From Pirellulales bacterium (GTDB taxonomy: Bacteria > Planctomycetota > Planctomycetia > Pirellulales > S012-138): a stretch of DNA of 64,000 bases. Where the stretch lies: NCBI GenBank assembly GCA_028066245.1, contig JALCBR010000001.1:110145-174144 (forward strand). Reading direction: 5' to 3'. Shown piece after piece: positions 7,493 to 15,705 of this stretch. Made by a program: the position numbers and the translations under genes. Numbering within the stretch: position 1 is the first letter of the stretch; every line of letters starts with the position of its first letter. The notes beneath the pieces are model-generated. The model was not told the origin of the DNA, made no database searches, and saw nothing but the letters and a program-made list of their open reading frames with translations.

Positions 7493-10438
7493 CTAGAGAA
7501 AATCAAGAAGGCTCAGGTTCGCAAACTGACCAATGGTTTGAAGCGATGCTTCAAGGGAAGCCTGACGGGCGTTGAGTTGGACAATCGCTTCGACGAGATC
7601 GACCTCTGATTCGCGCGAGAGGGTGGATTGCAATTCCACTTCTTCGTCATCGAGACGCCTATTGATCAGGTCGAGATTCTGCAATCGCGCGCCAAGATCA
7701 GCACGCACAAACCCCATCTGGTCAGCACTTTCATCCAAGACTTGAATTCCGCGACCGAGCGCGATTAAGTCATCAGCCAGCAGCGCGTCGCGAATCCGCA
7801 CAAGTGCTGTGAAAACTCCGAGCGATTCCTGTGCGTTGACATCTTGTGAAACGAGGCTCTCTGCCTGGCCTCCGTTAAACGCGATGGGTCCGGTTGCCGC
7901 CAATTGGCCTGTTCCGTTGTTCCCGGGATCCAATCCTGCATCGAGCTGTGCCGTGAACTGTGCACTGAGTGTCGGATCGCCAGCTAAGAGGGTGATTGCG
8001 TTCTGAGCCGTGAATCCAGCTCCCAGATCCACAGCATACGTCAATGTATTTCCAACTAGAGAAACCACATTGCCGCCTCCGGGCCCGCTATCAGTAATCT
8101 CCACGGAGAACGCGTTTCCACCAGCGCCCAGTGCGGTCGTCGAGAACAGCAACGCGTCATTCGGGTCTGCGCCGTTGATTGTTGCTGTCGCTGGCGTCGC
8201 CGTACTTGGAGGGCCGCTGGTTGTTGTCTGCGGGGCAAGGAACCCCAAGTCGATGGCGGCGTTGGCTCCCAAAGATTTGGTGACCGTGAGTGTTCCTGCG
8301 GCGGCGAGATTGTCATCGACGAGTTCGATGCCATTTCCAAACGCAGCCAAACGAGCTGTCACGCGACCGCTGCTTGTCAGGTTGTTGGGATCTCGATTGA
8401 TGTACTCAAGGACGTCACCAACGGTGCGTGCTTGGTCCAATCCGCCGGAGAATGGTGTCGCCACCAAGGGTGTTAGATTGCCGGCCCCTGTGTTGCCGGG
8501 GTCCGCCGTATCGTCAAGCTCGGCGACAAACTGCGCGCTGAGTGTCACGTCTCCGGCTAACAAGTTGATTGCGTCTTGTGCTGTAAAGCCTGCTCCCAGG
8601 TCTGCAGAAAACGTGAGTGTACTCCCAACCAGAGAGACCGTATCTCCGCCACCGGGCCCGCTATCAGTGATTTCCAGGGAGAAGTTATTGCCGTCAGAGC
8701 TTGGCGGTAAAACACGAATTCTCAGAGCGTCATTTGGATCTGCGCCGTCGATCTCCAGCGTGGCGGACAAGCCAGCGTTTAAATCGATGTTCAACTGGGT
8801 GCCATCTTTGCGCTGGATAACGAAATCGGTTCCGTCCGTGGTTTCCACGCCGACGCCGAAATTCAGATCGCTGAGTTGAGAGTTTTCAGTGAAACTGCGA
8901 ATGCCCAGCTGGGAGGCTGTTGTTCCCCCATTTTCGCCGATTTGGAAGTCGGAGCCACTTACGCGCGTGCGGATGTCGATTCCTGTTCGCGCGTCATTGA
9001 CTTCCACCAGCACGCCGGCATCGGACGCATTGAGAATGTTCAGCACATCCTCAATTGTGTCAGCGTCCGAGAGGTCGATCACAAACTCCTCTCCGCCGTT
9101 GACGACATGTAACCCCGACGTCTTATCGAAGATCTCTCCGCCTCCGCCTTGTGTGTTCACCGTGCCGAGTTGCACAACTCCGCTGCCCAGCTTCTCATGC
9201 GGCAACAAGGCTGTGAAATCGGCTGCCGCTGCAGAAGCATTGATGGCGTCAACAACGTCCGCCGCCGTGGAGAGGTTTTCAGCGACAGAGACCGTGATTG
9301 TCTTGCCGACCGGATCATAGGTCACCAGTTCCGCGCCCAGTGTTCCGCCGGCTTGCAGTGTCACGGCAAAGTCATTGTAGGAATCGCCATTTCTGTTGGC
9401 ACGGACAAGGAATGACCCGTCCGAGAAGTTCGAGATCACCTTTGCTTCCGCGCGGGTCCCCAGGATGTCATCCAGTGGTGTCGTCCGCGTCAGCACGGGA
9501 TCCAGGTCATTGCCGAACACAGGTCCCGTTCCAACGCCTGTGTTTTGTAAAACCCCTAGCTCACTGGCTGTTGTTCCCGCTCCGACTTCCGTGATCGAGA
9601 GATTTCCGCTGCTAAGTTGGATCTGCAACCCATCTGAGTTGACGAACGCTCGCACCTGACTTCCAGTGGGAGGGTTGGATTCCAGCAGGCGGACGACATC
9701 ACCGATGGTTTCCGCTTCACTAATGTCGATCACACTTGTTGCAGAACCATTGTTAATGGCAATACTGCCGGGCGAAATTCCACGGCCGCCGCGTAGCAAC
9801 GACAACCGCGTTTCGTTCGTGAGCACCGGGTTCAGGTCGACCGCGCCTCCTACCGGTGTTGAGACGGCGCCAAATAGCGTCGCACCGGCAACATTGGTGG
9901 CGAATAAGACATCCGTGTCGGAGTAACTATTGAGGCTTCCCTCGTTACCACGGTAGACGACATTCTTATCCACAAGCTCGAAAGGAAGCTGCCGGCTCTT
10001 CGACCCGGCAAACAAGTAGCGGTCGCGAAACTGGCGATTCCCAGTTTCGACAAGCCGACTGATGATTTCTTCGATCTCTTGCGCGGCAGCTTTCCTGGCT
10101 TCGGGGGCGTCAATCGAGTCCGCGACGGAGATGGCCGCAGCACGTGCATCGGAAATCAGTCCGGAAACGGAATTGATCGCTGAATCGGTCGCAGCCAGGA
10201 ACGATTCACTGGTGAGCAGGTTGGCTCGAACCTGTGACTTTTGTTCAATGAGACGCTGTAGTGTGATGGAACGCAGCGCCGCAGACGGCGATTCACTGGG
10301 AATCGTAAATTTCTTGCCAGTGCTGACGGCCGTTTGCAGCTGAAAGACGGCCGACTGATCTGACCGCAACTGCGAGAGCAGACGCTGTTGGATCAGCAAT
10401 TCGCTGACGCGAGTTGTGGGTATGGGACTAATGGCCAT
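7493..10438 (-). CDS. flgL: flagellar hook-associated protein 3 (FlgL), unusually long at 981 aa
   Basis: The N-terminal 'ESPSAALRSITLQRL...ARKAAAQEIEEIISRLVETGNRQFRDRYLFAGSKS' and the C-terminal coiled segment are FlgL-like. It lies directly downstream of flgK. Confidence 0.85.
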   Translation of the reverse strand: MAISPIPTTRVSELLIQQRLLSQLRSDQSAVFQLQTAVSTGKKFTIPSESPSAALRSITLQRLIEQKSQVRANLLTSESFLAATDSAINSVSGLISDARAAAISVADSIDAPEARKAAAQEIEEIISRLVETGNRQFRDRYLFAGSKSRQLPFELVDKNVVYRGNEGSLNSYSDTDVLFATNVAGATLFGAVSTPVGGAVDLNPVLTNETRLSLLRGGRGISPGSIAINNGSATSVIDISEAETIGDVVRLLESNPPTGSQVRAFVNSDGLQIQLSSGNLSITEVGAGTTASELGVLQNTGVGTGPVFGNDLDPVLTRTTPLDDILGTRAEAKVISNFSDGSFLVRANRNGDSYNDFAVTLQAGGTLGAELVTYDPVGKTITVSVAENLSTAADVVDAINASAAAADFTALLPHEKLGSGVVQLGTVNTQGGGGEIFDKTSGLHVVNGGEEFVIDLSDADTIEDVLNILNASDAGVLVEVNDARTGIDIRTRVSGSDFQIGENGGTTASQLGIRSFTENSQLSDLNFGVGVETTDGTDFVIQRKDGTQLNIDLNAGLSATLEIDGADPNDALRIRVLPPSSDGNNFSLEITDSGPGGGDTVSLVGSTLTFSADLGAGFTAQDAINLLAGDVTLSAQFVAELDDTADPGNTGAGNLTPLVATPFSGGLDQARTVGDVLEYINRDPNNLTSSGRVTARLAAFGNGIELVDDNLAAAGTLTVTKSLGANAAIDLGFLAPQTTTSGPPSTATPATATINGADPNDALLFSTTALGAGGNAFSVEITDSGPGGGNVVSLVGNTLTYAVDLGAGFTAQNAITLLAGDPTLSAQFTAQLDAGLDPGNNGTGQLAATGPIAFNGGQAESLVSQDVNAQESLGVFTALVRIRDALLADDLIALGRGIQVLDESADQMGFVRADLGARLQNLDLINRRLDDEEVELQSTLSRESEVDLVEAIVQLNARQASLEASLQTIGQFANLSLLDFL
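7868..8179 (-). repeat. internal 104-aa duplication in flgL, copy 2
   Basis: 'INGADPNDALLF...NAFSVEITDSGPGGGNVVSLVGNTLTYAVDLGAGFTAQNAITLLAGDPTLSAQF...FNGG'. This copy matches copy 1 in length, and the similarity is also visible at the DNA level. Confidence 0.9.
8441..8752 (-). repeat. internal 104-aa duplication in flgL, copy 1
   Basis: 'IDGADPNDALRIRV...NNFSLEITDSGPGGGDTVSLVGSTLTFSADLGAGFTAQDAINLLAGDVTLSAQF...FSGG'. It is separated from copy 2 by 87 aa. Confidence 0.9.
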
Positions 10439-10555
10439 TGAGCCGATGCCGCGCGGGCGCCTCCGGTTTTCCGTCGGGTCGTTCGAATCTAGCGCTGGGT
10501 CTCGTCGCGTTTTGTGTGGTCACGTGACTCGCAGGCATGACATATCCTGTTTCAG

Positions 10556-12256
10556 CTACAACTCCGTCAGCAAGTTGAGGAGTTCGCTGACGGCTGCGAT
10601 ATAGCGAGCGGCGGCTTGGTACGCTCTTTGGTATTGCAGCAGCTTGACGGCCTCGTCATCCAGGCTGACACCGCTAATACTGAGGTGCTGCGCATTGAGC
10701 GATTCTTGAAAGACTCGGAAACCTTCGGTGGCGGCCTGCTGCGTTGCTGAAGCTTGTGTCACGCTGCCGACGAAGTTCTCGTACAGTTCTGCTAGCGAGT
10801 CACCGTCTTTGGCGTCCAAGGGCGCGTTGAGGAAATTGGCGAGCAGTTCCGCATTGTCTGCGTCGTTGGCGATTCCTCCACGGGAAGCTGCGAATCGCGT
10901 TGGATCGGAAAGAATGACGTCAGAGACACCGAGATCTCGCGCTGTTGTGCCGGTAAAGAAAACATTCAGTCCCAACGCGGCCAGCACATGGCTGGTGTCT
11001 TCCGCAAAGGCGAATTCTTGGTCTGGGGAATCTGATGTCAGCGAGACGGTTCCTGTTGGCGTAATGCTCGCGCTGATTCCGTCGATGGCGTCCAAATCGG
11101 CAACTAAGCTATCCAAAGTTGTGTCATCATCATCCAAGCCGTTGAGGTCAACGCGGATGTCGGTCGTTGTTGTTGTTCCCGTCTGCTTGTTGAACAACAA
11201 CACTTGGAAGCTACCATTCACGGGCTCAAAGGTCAGGCCCGCAGCATCCAAAGCCAATGTGGAATCGGTCAGTGAAAACTCACTCTCAAGTTGTGAAAAG
11301 CCTTTGAGGCCCTGTCCTGACGAGTGGATTTTGTTGAACTCGAACGCCAAGGCTGCTCCGAATTCATCCAGCTTTTCAATGAATCCACCAACAATCTCGT
11401 CCCGGGCGGAGATCAATCCGCCCAATTGCCCCGAAGGCGAGTCAAGCGGTTCGTTCGTATCTGCAAACTCAATGGCTGCAACGTTCAACCCCTTGTCGGA
11501 AGAGAGCACGACGTTGACTTCTCGCCGTTGTCCCTCGAAGACCAGAAAAGCTCCATTAACCGCGATATTGGCCGCGCCGCTTGGTTGCTCGTCGATGCGG
11601 ACGTCAAGGATCTCGGACAGCCGCGTCAGAGCGATTTCGCGTTGGTCACGCAGCCCTACGGCATCACTCTTGCTGACACTACCACCCTCGGTCTCGCTAA
11701 TTTGCACATTAAGGCGGCGGATTTCTTCAGTGAGTCGGTTGACTTCCCCTCCTAGCGCGCGGACCTGCTCGTTCAAATCCTGTCGAATATTGAATGCTCT
11801 TTCGGACAGCAGGTTGAGCGAACCGGCAAGCTGCTCACCTGTCAGAGCCGCCAGGTTGCGAGATGAGGAGCTGTCGGGCTGGTTGAGGACCTCGTTGATG
11901 TTGGAGAAAAATCTCGTTAGTTGGCTGCTGATGTCTGTATCTGTGAGTTCACCGAGCAACGTTTCCAGCTCGAGATAGGCCTGCTCACGCGTCTCTGCGC
12001 CGTTCAAGTCACTGGTGGCGTCCCGCAGTCGGGTCAGCAGAAACTTGTCGACCTTTTGAATGACCGCGTCAACTTCCACACCAAGCCCGAGCAACAACTT
12101 GCCCTGGCGCTGCGTGGGGCCCGGCTTGAAGACGACCTCTTCCCGGATGTAGCCTGGCGTGGCAGCGTTGGAGATATTTTGACCGACAACCTGCAGGCCA
12201 ATCTGATTGGCTCGCAGGGCGTTGTTGGCCAACTGAATGGAGCTGAGGAGTGACAT
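10556..12256 (-). CDS. flgK: flagellar hook-associated protein 1 (FlgK)
   Basis: N-terminus 'MSLLSSIQLANNALRANQIGLQVVGQNISNAATPGYIREE' and C-terminus 'VSLDDEAVKLLQYQRAYQAAARYIAAVSELLNLL' are canonical FlgK. Confidence 0.92.
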   Translation of the reverse strand: MSLLSSIQLANNALRANQIGLQVVGQNISNAATPGYIREEVVFKPGPTQRQGKLLLGLGVEVDAVIQKVDKFLLTRLRDATSDLNGAETREQAYLELETLLGELTDTDISSQLTRFFSNINEVLNQPDSSSSRNLAALTGEQLAGSLNLLSERAFNIRQDLNEQVRALGGEVNRLTEEIRRLNVQISETEGGSVSKSDAVGLRDQREIALTRLSEILDVRIDEQPSGAANIAVNGAFLVFEGQRREVNVVLSSDKGLNVAAIEFADTNEPLDSPSGQLGGLISARDEIVGGFIEKLDEFGAALAFEFNKIHSSGQGLKGFSQLESEFSLTDSTLALDAAGLTFEPVNGSFQVLLFNKQTGTTTTTDIRVDLNGLDDDDTTLDSLVADLDAIDGISASITPTGTVSLTSDSPDQEFAFAEDTSHVLAALGLNVFFTGTTARDLGVSDVILSDPTRFAASRGGIANDADNAELLANFLNAPLDAKDGDSLAELYENFVGSVTQASATQQAATEGFRVFQESLNAQHLSISGVSLDDEAVKLLQYQRAYQAAARYIAAVSELLNLLTEL

Positions 12257-12287
12257 GAGCGGTCAGTCGCGAGTTTGTCTTCTGCGG

Positions 12288-12779
12288 TTACGCGTTGTGG
12301 TCCATCAAACCACCGGTATGGGAAGACAACAGTCCTTTTCCATATATCGGTTGATCACGACCGCCGGTAGCGAGAATCTCCAGCATCTGAGCCAAATGAA
12401 TCAGAGTTCGCTGCGCGACAAGCCATTGAGTTAGACAGCGATGCTGGATCAGCTTGCTTTGCTGTTCTGCTTGCTGAAAGCGTGCGCGAAAGCGCATTTC
12501 CCCTTCGCCTTCGGGAATCGAGTCGGCCAGTGTCCGCAAGCTCGCGGCGGGTTTCCCCTCGGTTTTTGCAGCGCTGAGTAACTCTGCCCTTCGGTCATGG
12601 CAGGCGTGGAGCCGGTCCAACAGCTTGATCTCACGGTCAGCGTCGTCCGCAGAAAACTCGCACTTGCCTGCAAGCTGATCTTGTTTGTAGGACAAGACAT
12701 CAAGCAACTCACTCTGCGTCTCGGCAAGTTCGCTCAACAGGCCACTGATTTCTTGTTCCCAGTCCGTATGCTGTGACAT
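12288..12779 (-). CDS. flgN: FlgN-like export chaperone (putative)
   Basis: The track ORF 12288..13070 overlaps the upstream gene, so I take the internal ATG at 12779 ('MSQHTDWEQEISGLLSELAETQSELLDVL...'). The product is helical, about 163 aa, and lies immediately upstream of flgK as flgN does in many bacteria. Sequence similarity is weak, so the call is mainly positional. Confidence 0.55.
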   Translation of the reverse strand: MSQHTDWEQEISGLLSELAETQSELLDVLSYKQDQLAGKCEFSADDADREIKLLDRLHACHDRRAELLSAAKTEGKPAASLRTLADSIPEGEGEMRFRARFQQAEQQSKLIQHRCLTQWLVAQRTLIHLAQMLEILATGGRDQPIYGKGLLSSHTGGLMDHNA

Positions 12780-12861
12780 GTATGCCGCCGTTGCGAAAAC
12801 AAAGATAATTGACGGGAAAACGGGATAGAGGACATCGAAGAGGCGTGCTTTTGACAGGTGG

Positions 12862-13716
12862 TTACGCCACGACGTCAAACTGCGCCTTGTAGAGTGATTC
12901 GGAAAACTCGCCTGAACCTGACTTCGTGAGTTCTTCAGACAGCACCATGTCAAGCTGTTTGCGGAACATCTCCTCTGCTCGCCCACCATGAAAATAGGCT
13001 GGCTCTTGCACGGTCTTTCGCATGGCCGAGAGCATCTGCCCATAGAACGTTGTGCCGACAAATCGGTCAAATGCCTCGCGGACTTCTATGTCTTGGCCGC
13101 CCATTTCCTGCAGCAGCCCTGTTCCGTGGTCTTCGATGCTGAACTTGGTGGTTGAGTCTTGAGCGGTCACATTGAGCCGCCCGTTCTCCAGGTAGGCTGA
13201 GATTCCAGCGATCGCGTCGATCTTGGAGGCCAGCTTTTCCAGCGTCGTTGCCGGTGCGTCGGCTAAGTCTCGTCGTTTGGCATCCAAGCCACGGGCGTCG
13301 TCTGCGTTGAGGATTGGAATCGGTGTACGTTCGACTGCATCGCTCCCTGCTCGTTTCACAGAGACAACGAGATCTCCAGAGTGAATGGATCGTTTGCGTG
13401 CACCGACTCCGACAGAGTCGGGAAAGAAGCGGTCCACTCGGCCAAGGTGCTTTGTGGCGCGATATCTCGTCAGACGTGGCTCACTAGCTTCATCTCTGCG
13501 ACCGATCCCCGGCTTAATCTCCCCGTTTTCCGCTGTGTGAGATTGCATGTGGCTGTGAAAGCCAGTGATCACGGCAAACGAATTTGTCGGTGTCTCTTCG
13601 GAGTCCTTGTCAACTGAGTTGCGCTCAACAAGATTCTTCAACCGCGAGACCAGCACGTCAGCCTGATTGCTAACCGTGGACATCGCAGATTCTGATGGTG
13701 AGATGGCGTTCGACAT
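12862..13716 (-). CDS. rod-binding (FlgJ N-domain-like) protein with a long N-terminal extension
   Basis: C-terminal 'AFDRFVGTTFYGQMLSAMRKTVQEPAYFHGGRAEEMFRKQLDMVLSEELTK' matches the Rod_binding motif. No muramidase domain is present. It lies directly downstream of flgI. Confidence 0.7.
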   Translation of the reverse strand: MSNAISPSESAMSTVSNQADVLVSRLKNLVERNSVDKDSEETPTNSFAVITGFHSHMQSHTAENGEIKPGIGRRDEASEPRLTRYRATKHLGRVDRFFPDSVGVGARKRSIHSGDLVVSVKRAGSDAVERTPIPILNADDARGLDAKRRDLADAPATTLEKLASKIDAIAGISAYLENGRLNVTAQDSTTKFSIEDHGTGLLQEMGGQDIEVREAFDRFVGTTFYGQMLSAMRKTVQEPAYFHGGRAEEMFRKQLDMVLSEELTKSGSGEFSESLYKAQFDVVA

Positions 13717-13772
13717 GGTCTGGCCTGAATGGCAACGGCTTGGAGCAGGTCGCGATTTTCACAGCTTTCGAG

Positions 13773-14906
13773 CTAACGGATGTACTCGACGTGACCGTGG
13801 ATTTTTCCACCGGCTTCAAGTGCGCGAATGATCGAAACCACCTGTTCAGATGGAACTTTGATGGCGTTGAGTGCATCCACTAAAGCTTGGAGTTTCGCCG
13901 TGTGGATGGCATCGAAGTTGTCTGCTGGCTGCGGGTCAAACGGGACGAAGTTACCGCCAGGAGGGGCCACTTCCACGCTGATACCATTCACACTGAAAAC
14001 TCCGGCTTCAATTTCCACGTTTGGGTCAATGACGATGGTGCCTGACCGTTCATCGACGACGACGCGTGCCGCATTAGGGACTTCCGAAATCGGGGTGCGC
14101 ATGATGTCCGCAATGAAATCTGGCACGGAGTCATAGAACTCCGGAATCATGATCTCAATCGTGCGTTGATTGAGAGCCTGAGCGAACTTTTGCTGACGTG
14201 AACGGGTATAGCCGGGCGATGGACCGTACGCTTGTAGCGAACCTGCCCCGATGGTGCTGTTGATCTCGTCGGCAATTGTCTTGGAGATGCCCCAAGATGT
14301 GTGTTTGGGGTCAACCAGTAGAGTTACACGCCCCATCTCGGACATGGGCGTGATCATGTTGGTTCCCATCGTGCATCCACGAGCGATGGTGCCGGAGAGT
14401 GGATTGTCTTCATCAAGGCTCACAGGTCCAGAAGCATAGGCGTACACACCGGGATTGTTTGGATCTTCCCCGGGGATGGGAGCAATCAACGGCGTTGGCA
14501 ACAGCCGGGCTCCCTTGAGCGACTTCTTCGTTGCACCCGCGGCCGTGACTCGGCAGTCAACTTGATCTCCCTTGGACAATCCCGCCGGTGGCAATGTGAC
14601 CTCCACGTAGACTACCGCAGCATTACGGCTTCCCTTAAGAGCTTCGATGCCTTCGCCCATTGCCGTGACGTCAGCCCCCAGCATTTTCATTGCCATCGAA
14701 GTGGCGTATGCGGTGGGCAAGAACTTGTCCGGATCTCCTGTCCCATCCAATCCAAACACCAAGCCAAAGCCGATGAGCTTCTGTTCATCTTGCCCTTTGA
14801 CACGGCAAATGTCGCCGATGCGAACTTGGGCGGACGCCGGCTGAGCAAATGCAGAGAGAATGCACAGCAAGGCAACAGTCACGCTTAGGACGAATGGGCG
14901 ATTCAT
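13773..14906 (-). CDS. flgI: flagellar P-ring protein FlgI
   Basis: Signal peptide followed by 'VRIGDICRVKGQDEQKLIGFGLVFGLDGTGD', and the C-terminal '...ALNAIKVPSEQVVSIIRALEAGGKIHGHVEYI', are typical FlgI. Confidence 0.95.
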   Translation of the reverse strand: MNRPFVLSVTVALLCILSAFAQPASAQVRIGDICRVKGQDEQKLIGFGLVFGLDGTGDPDKFLPTAYATSMAMKMLGADVTAMGEGIEALKGSRNAAVVYVEVTLPPAGLSKGDQVDCRVTAAGATKKSLKGARLLPTPLIAPIPGEDPNNPGVYAYASGPVSLDEDNPLSGTIARGCTMGTNMITPMSEMGRVTLLVDPKHTSWGISKTIADEINSTIGAGSLQAYGPSPGYTRSRQQKFAQALNQRTIEIMIPEFYDSVPDFIADIMRTPISEVPNAARVVVDERSGTIVIDPNVEIEAGVFSVNGISVEVAPPGGNFVPFDPQPADNFDAIHTAKLQALVDALNAIKVPSEQVVSIIRALEAGGKIHGHVEYIR

Positions 14907-14960
14907 TTTCGGCCTCAGGGTGGATGAAAGAACTTCAAACAGGGAAGCGAACTTTCCCGT

Positions 14961-15650
14961 CTAGAACGGGTTCACAAAGTCCAGGAATCGCGTGATCATC
15001 CCAGGTCGATAGCCAGCAGGAACGTCGCCTTCCTCGCTCTTGTGGATGTAGAGGTCGAAGATGTCTTCGCTACGGACGGAGTTGTTGGGGAGCACATCTT
15101 CCGGACGTACGATTCCGCTGATGACTTGCGTCCAGGTGTCCCCGTTGTTCTGGATCGTGCGTTTACCGTGAATGACGAGCAGACCGTTGGGCCGGACTTC
15201 AACAATCCGCGCGGCCATGCTGAACCGCATGGCTTCCGTCGATTCTGCATCTGATGTCGCACGGTACTGGCTGTTGAGAGTTCCGTTGATGGTGGGGTCG
15301 CCGTCAGCTTGTGTGGCCGGTTTGAGATCAGCACCACGAAGCCGAATCCAGTCTGCCAACACCGCGGTGATTCCCGCCTGCTTTCGACGTTGCATGTCAC
15401 CTTCGGACAGCGTTGTCGACCGGTAGTCGATATTGACGGTGATCAGGTCATTGGTGCGAAACTCGCGCGGCGGCAAGGCACGGACGTGCGTGAACGAGCG
15501 GAACTGCAACGGTTGGCCATTTTGAAGGCCGTGGTATTGGCCATTCTGTTGACCCCAGGCAACGGTCCCCAGTGCAAAGATGACCATCACCGCAGCTTGG
15601 AAATAGGTACGCCAGTAAACTCTCATCCAGTTGTGACGTGGTTTGCTCAT
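14961..15650 (-). CDS. flgH: flagellar L-ring protein FlgH
   Basis: 'NDLITVNIDYRSTTLSEGD...TINGTLNSQY...ARIVEVRPNGLLVIHGKRTIQNNGDTWTQVISGIVRPEDVLPNNSVRSEDI' matches the FlgH pattern. Confidence 0.9.
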   Translation of the reverse strand: MSKPRHNWMRVYWRTYFQAAVMVIFALGTVAWGQQNGQYHGLQNGQPLQFRSFTHVRALPPREFRTNDLITVNIDYRSTTLSEGDMQRRKQAGITAVLADWIRLRGADLKPATQADGDPTINGTLNSQYRATSDAESTEAMRFSMAARIVEVRPNGLLVIHGKRTIQNNGDTWTQVISGIVRPEDVLPNNSVRSEDIFDLYIHKSEEGDVPAGYRPGMITRFLDFVNPF

Positions 15651-15705
15651 CGTGATTCCTTTCGTCAGGGGCGCTAAGATTGTCCTTGGGATGGGGGATG
15701 CCGAT

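Noticed and set aside
7868-8752. Spaced direct repeats that could superficially suggest a repeat array.
   Set aside because: There are only two copies, each 312 nt long, in frame inside flgL and encoding a duplicated protein domain. This is not a CRISPR array or a mobile-element repeat.
10728-11978. Long antisense ORFs opposite well-supported genes. Examples are 416 aa opposite flgK, 348 aa at 2752..3798 opposite the TPR-GT gene, 424 aa at 40773..42047 opposite SPFH-A, 361 aa at 47167..48252 opposite glgX, and 250 and 289 aa opposite fliC and flgL.
   Set aside because: Their translations are Ser/Arg/Pro/Ala-rich and low in complexity, with no recognisable motifs. The opposite strand encodes unmistakable families in every case. 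Such shadow ORFs are expected in GC-rich sequence.
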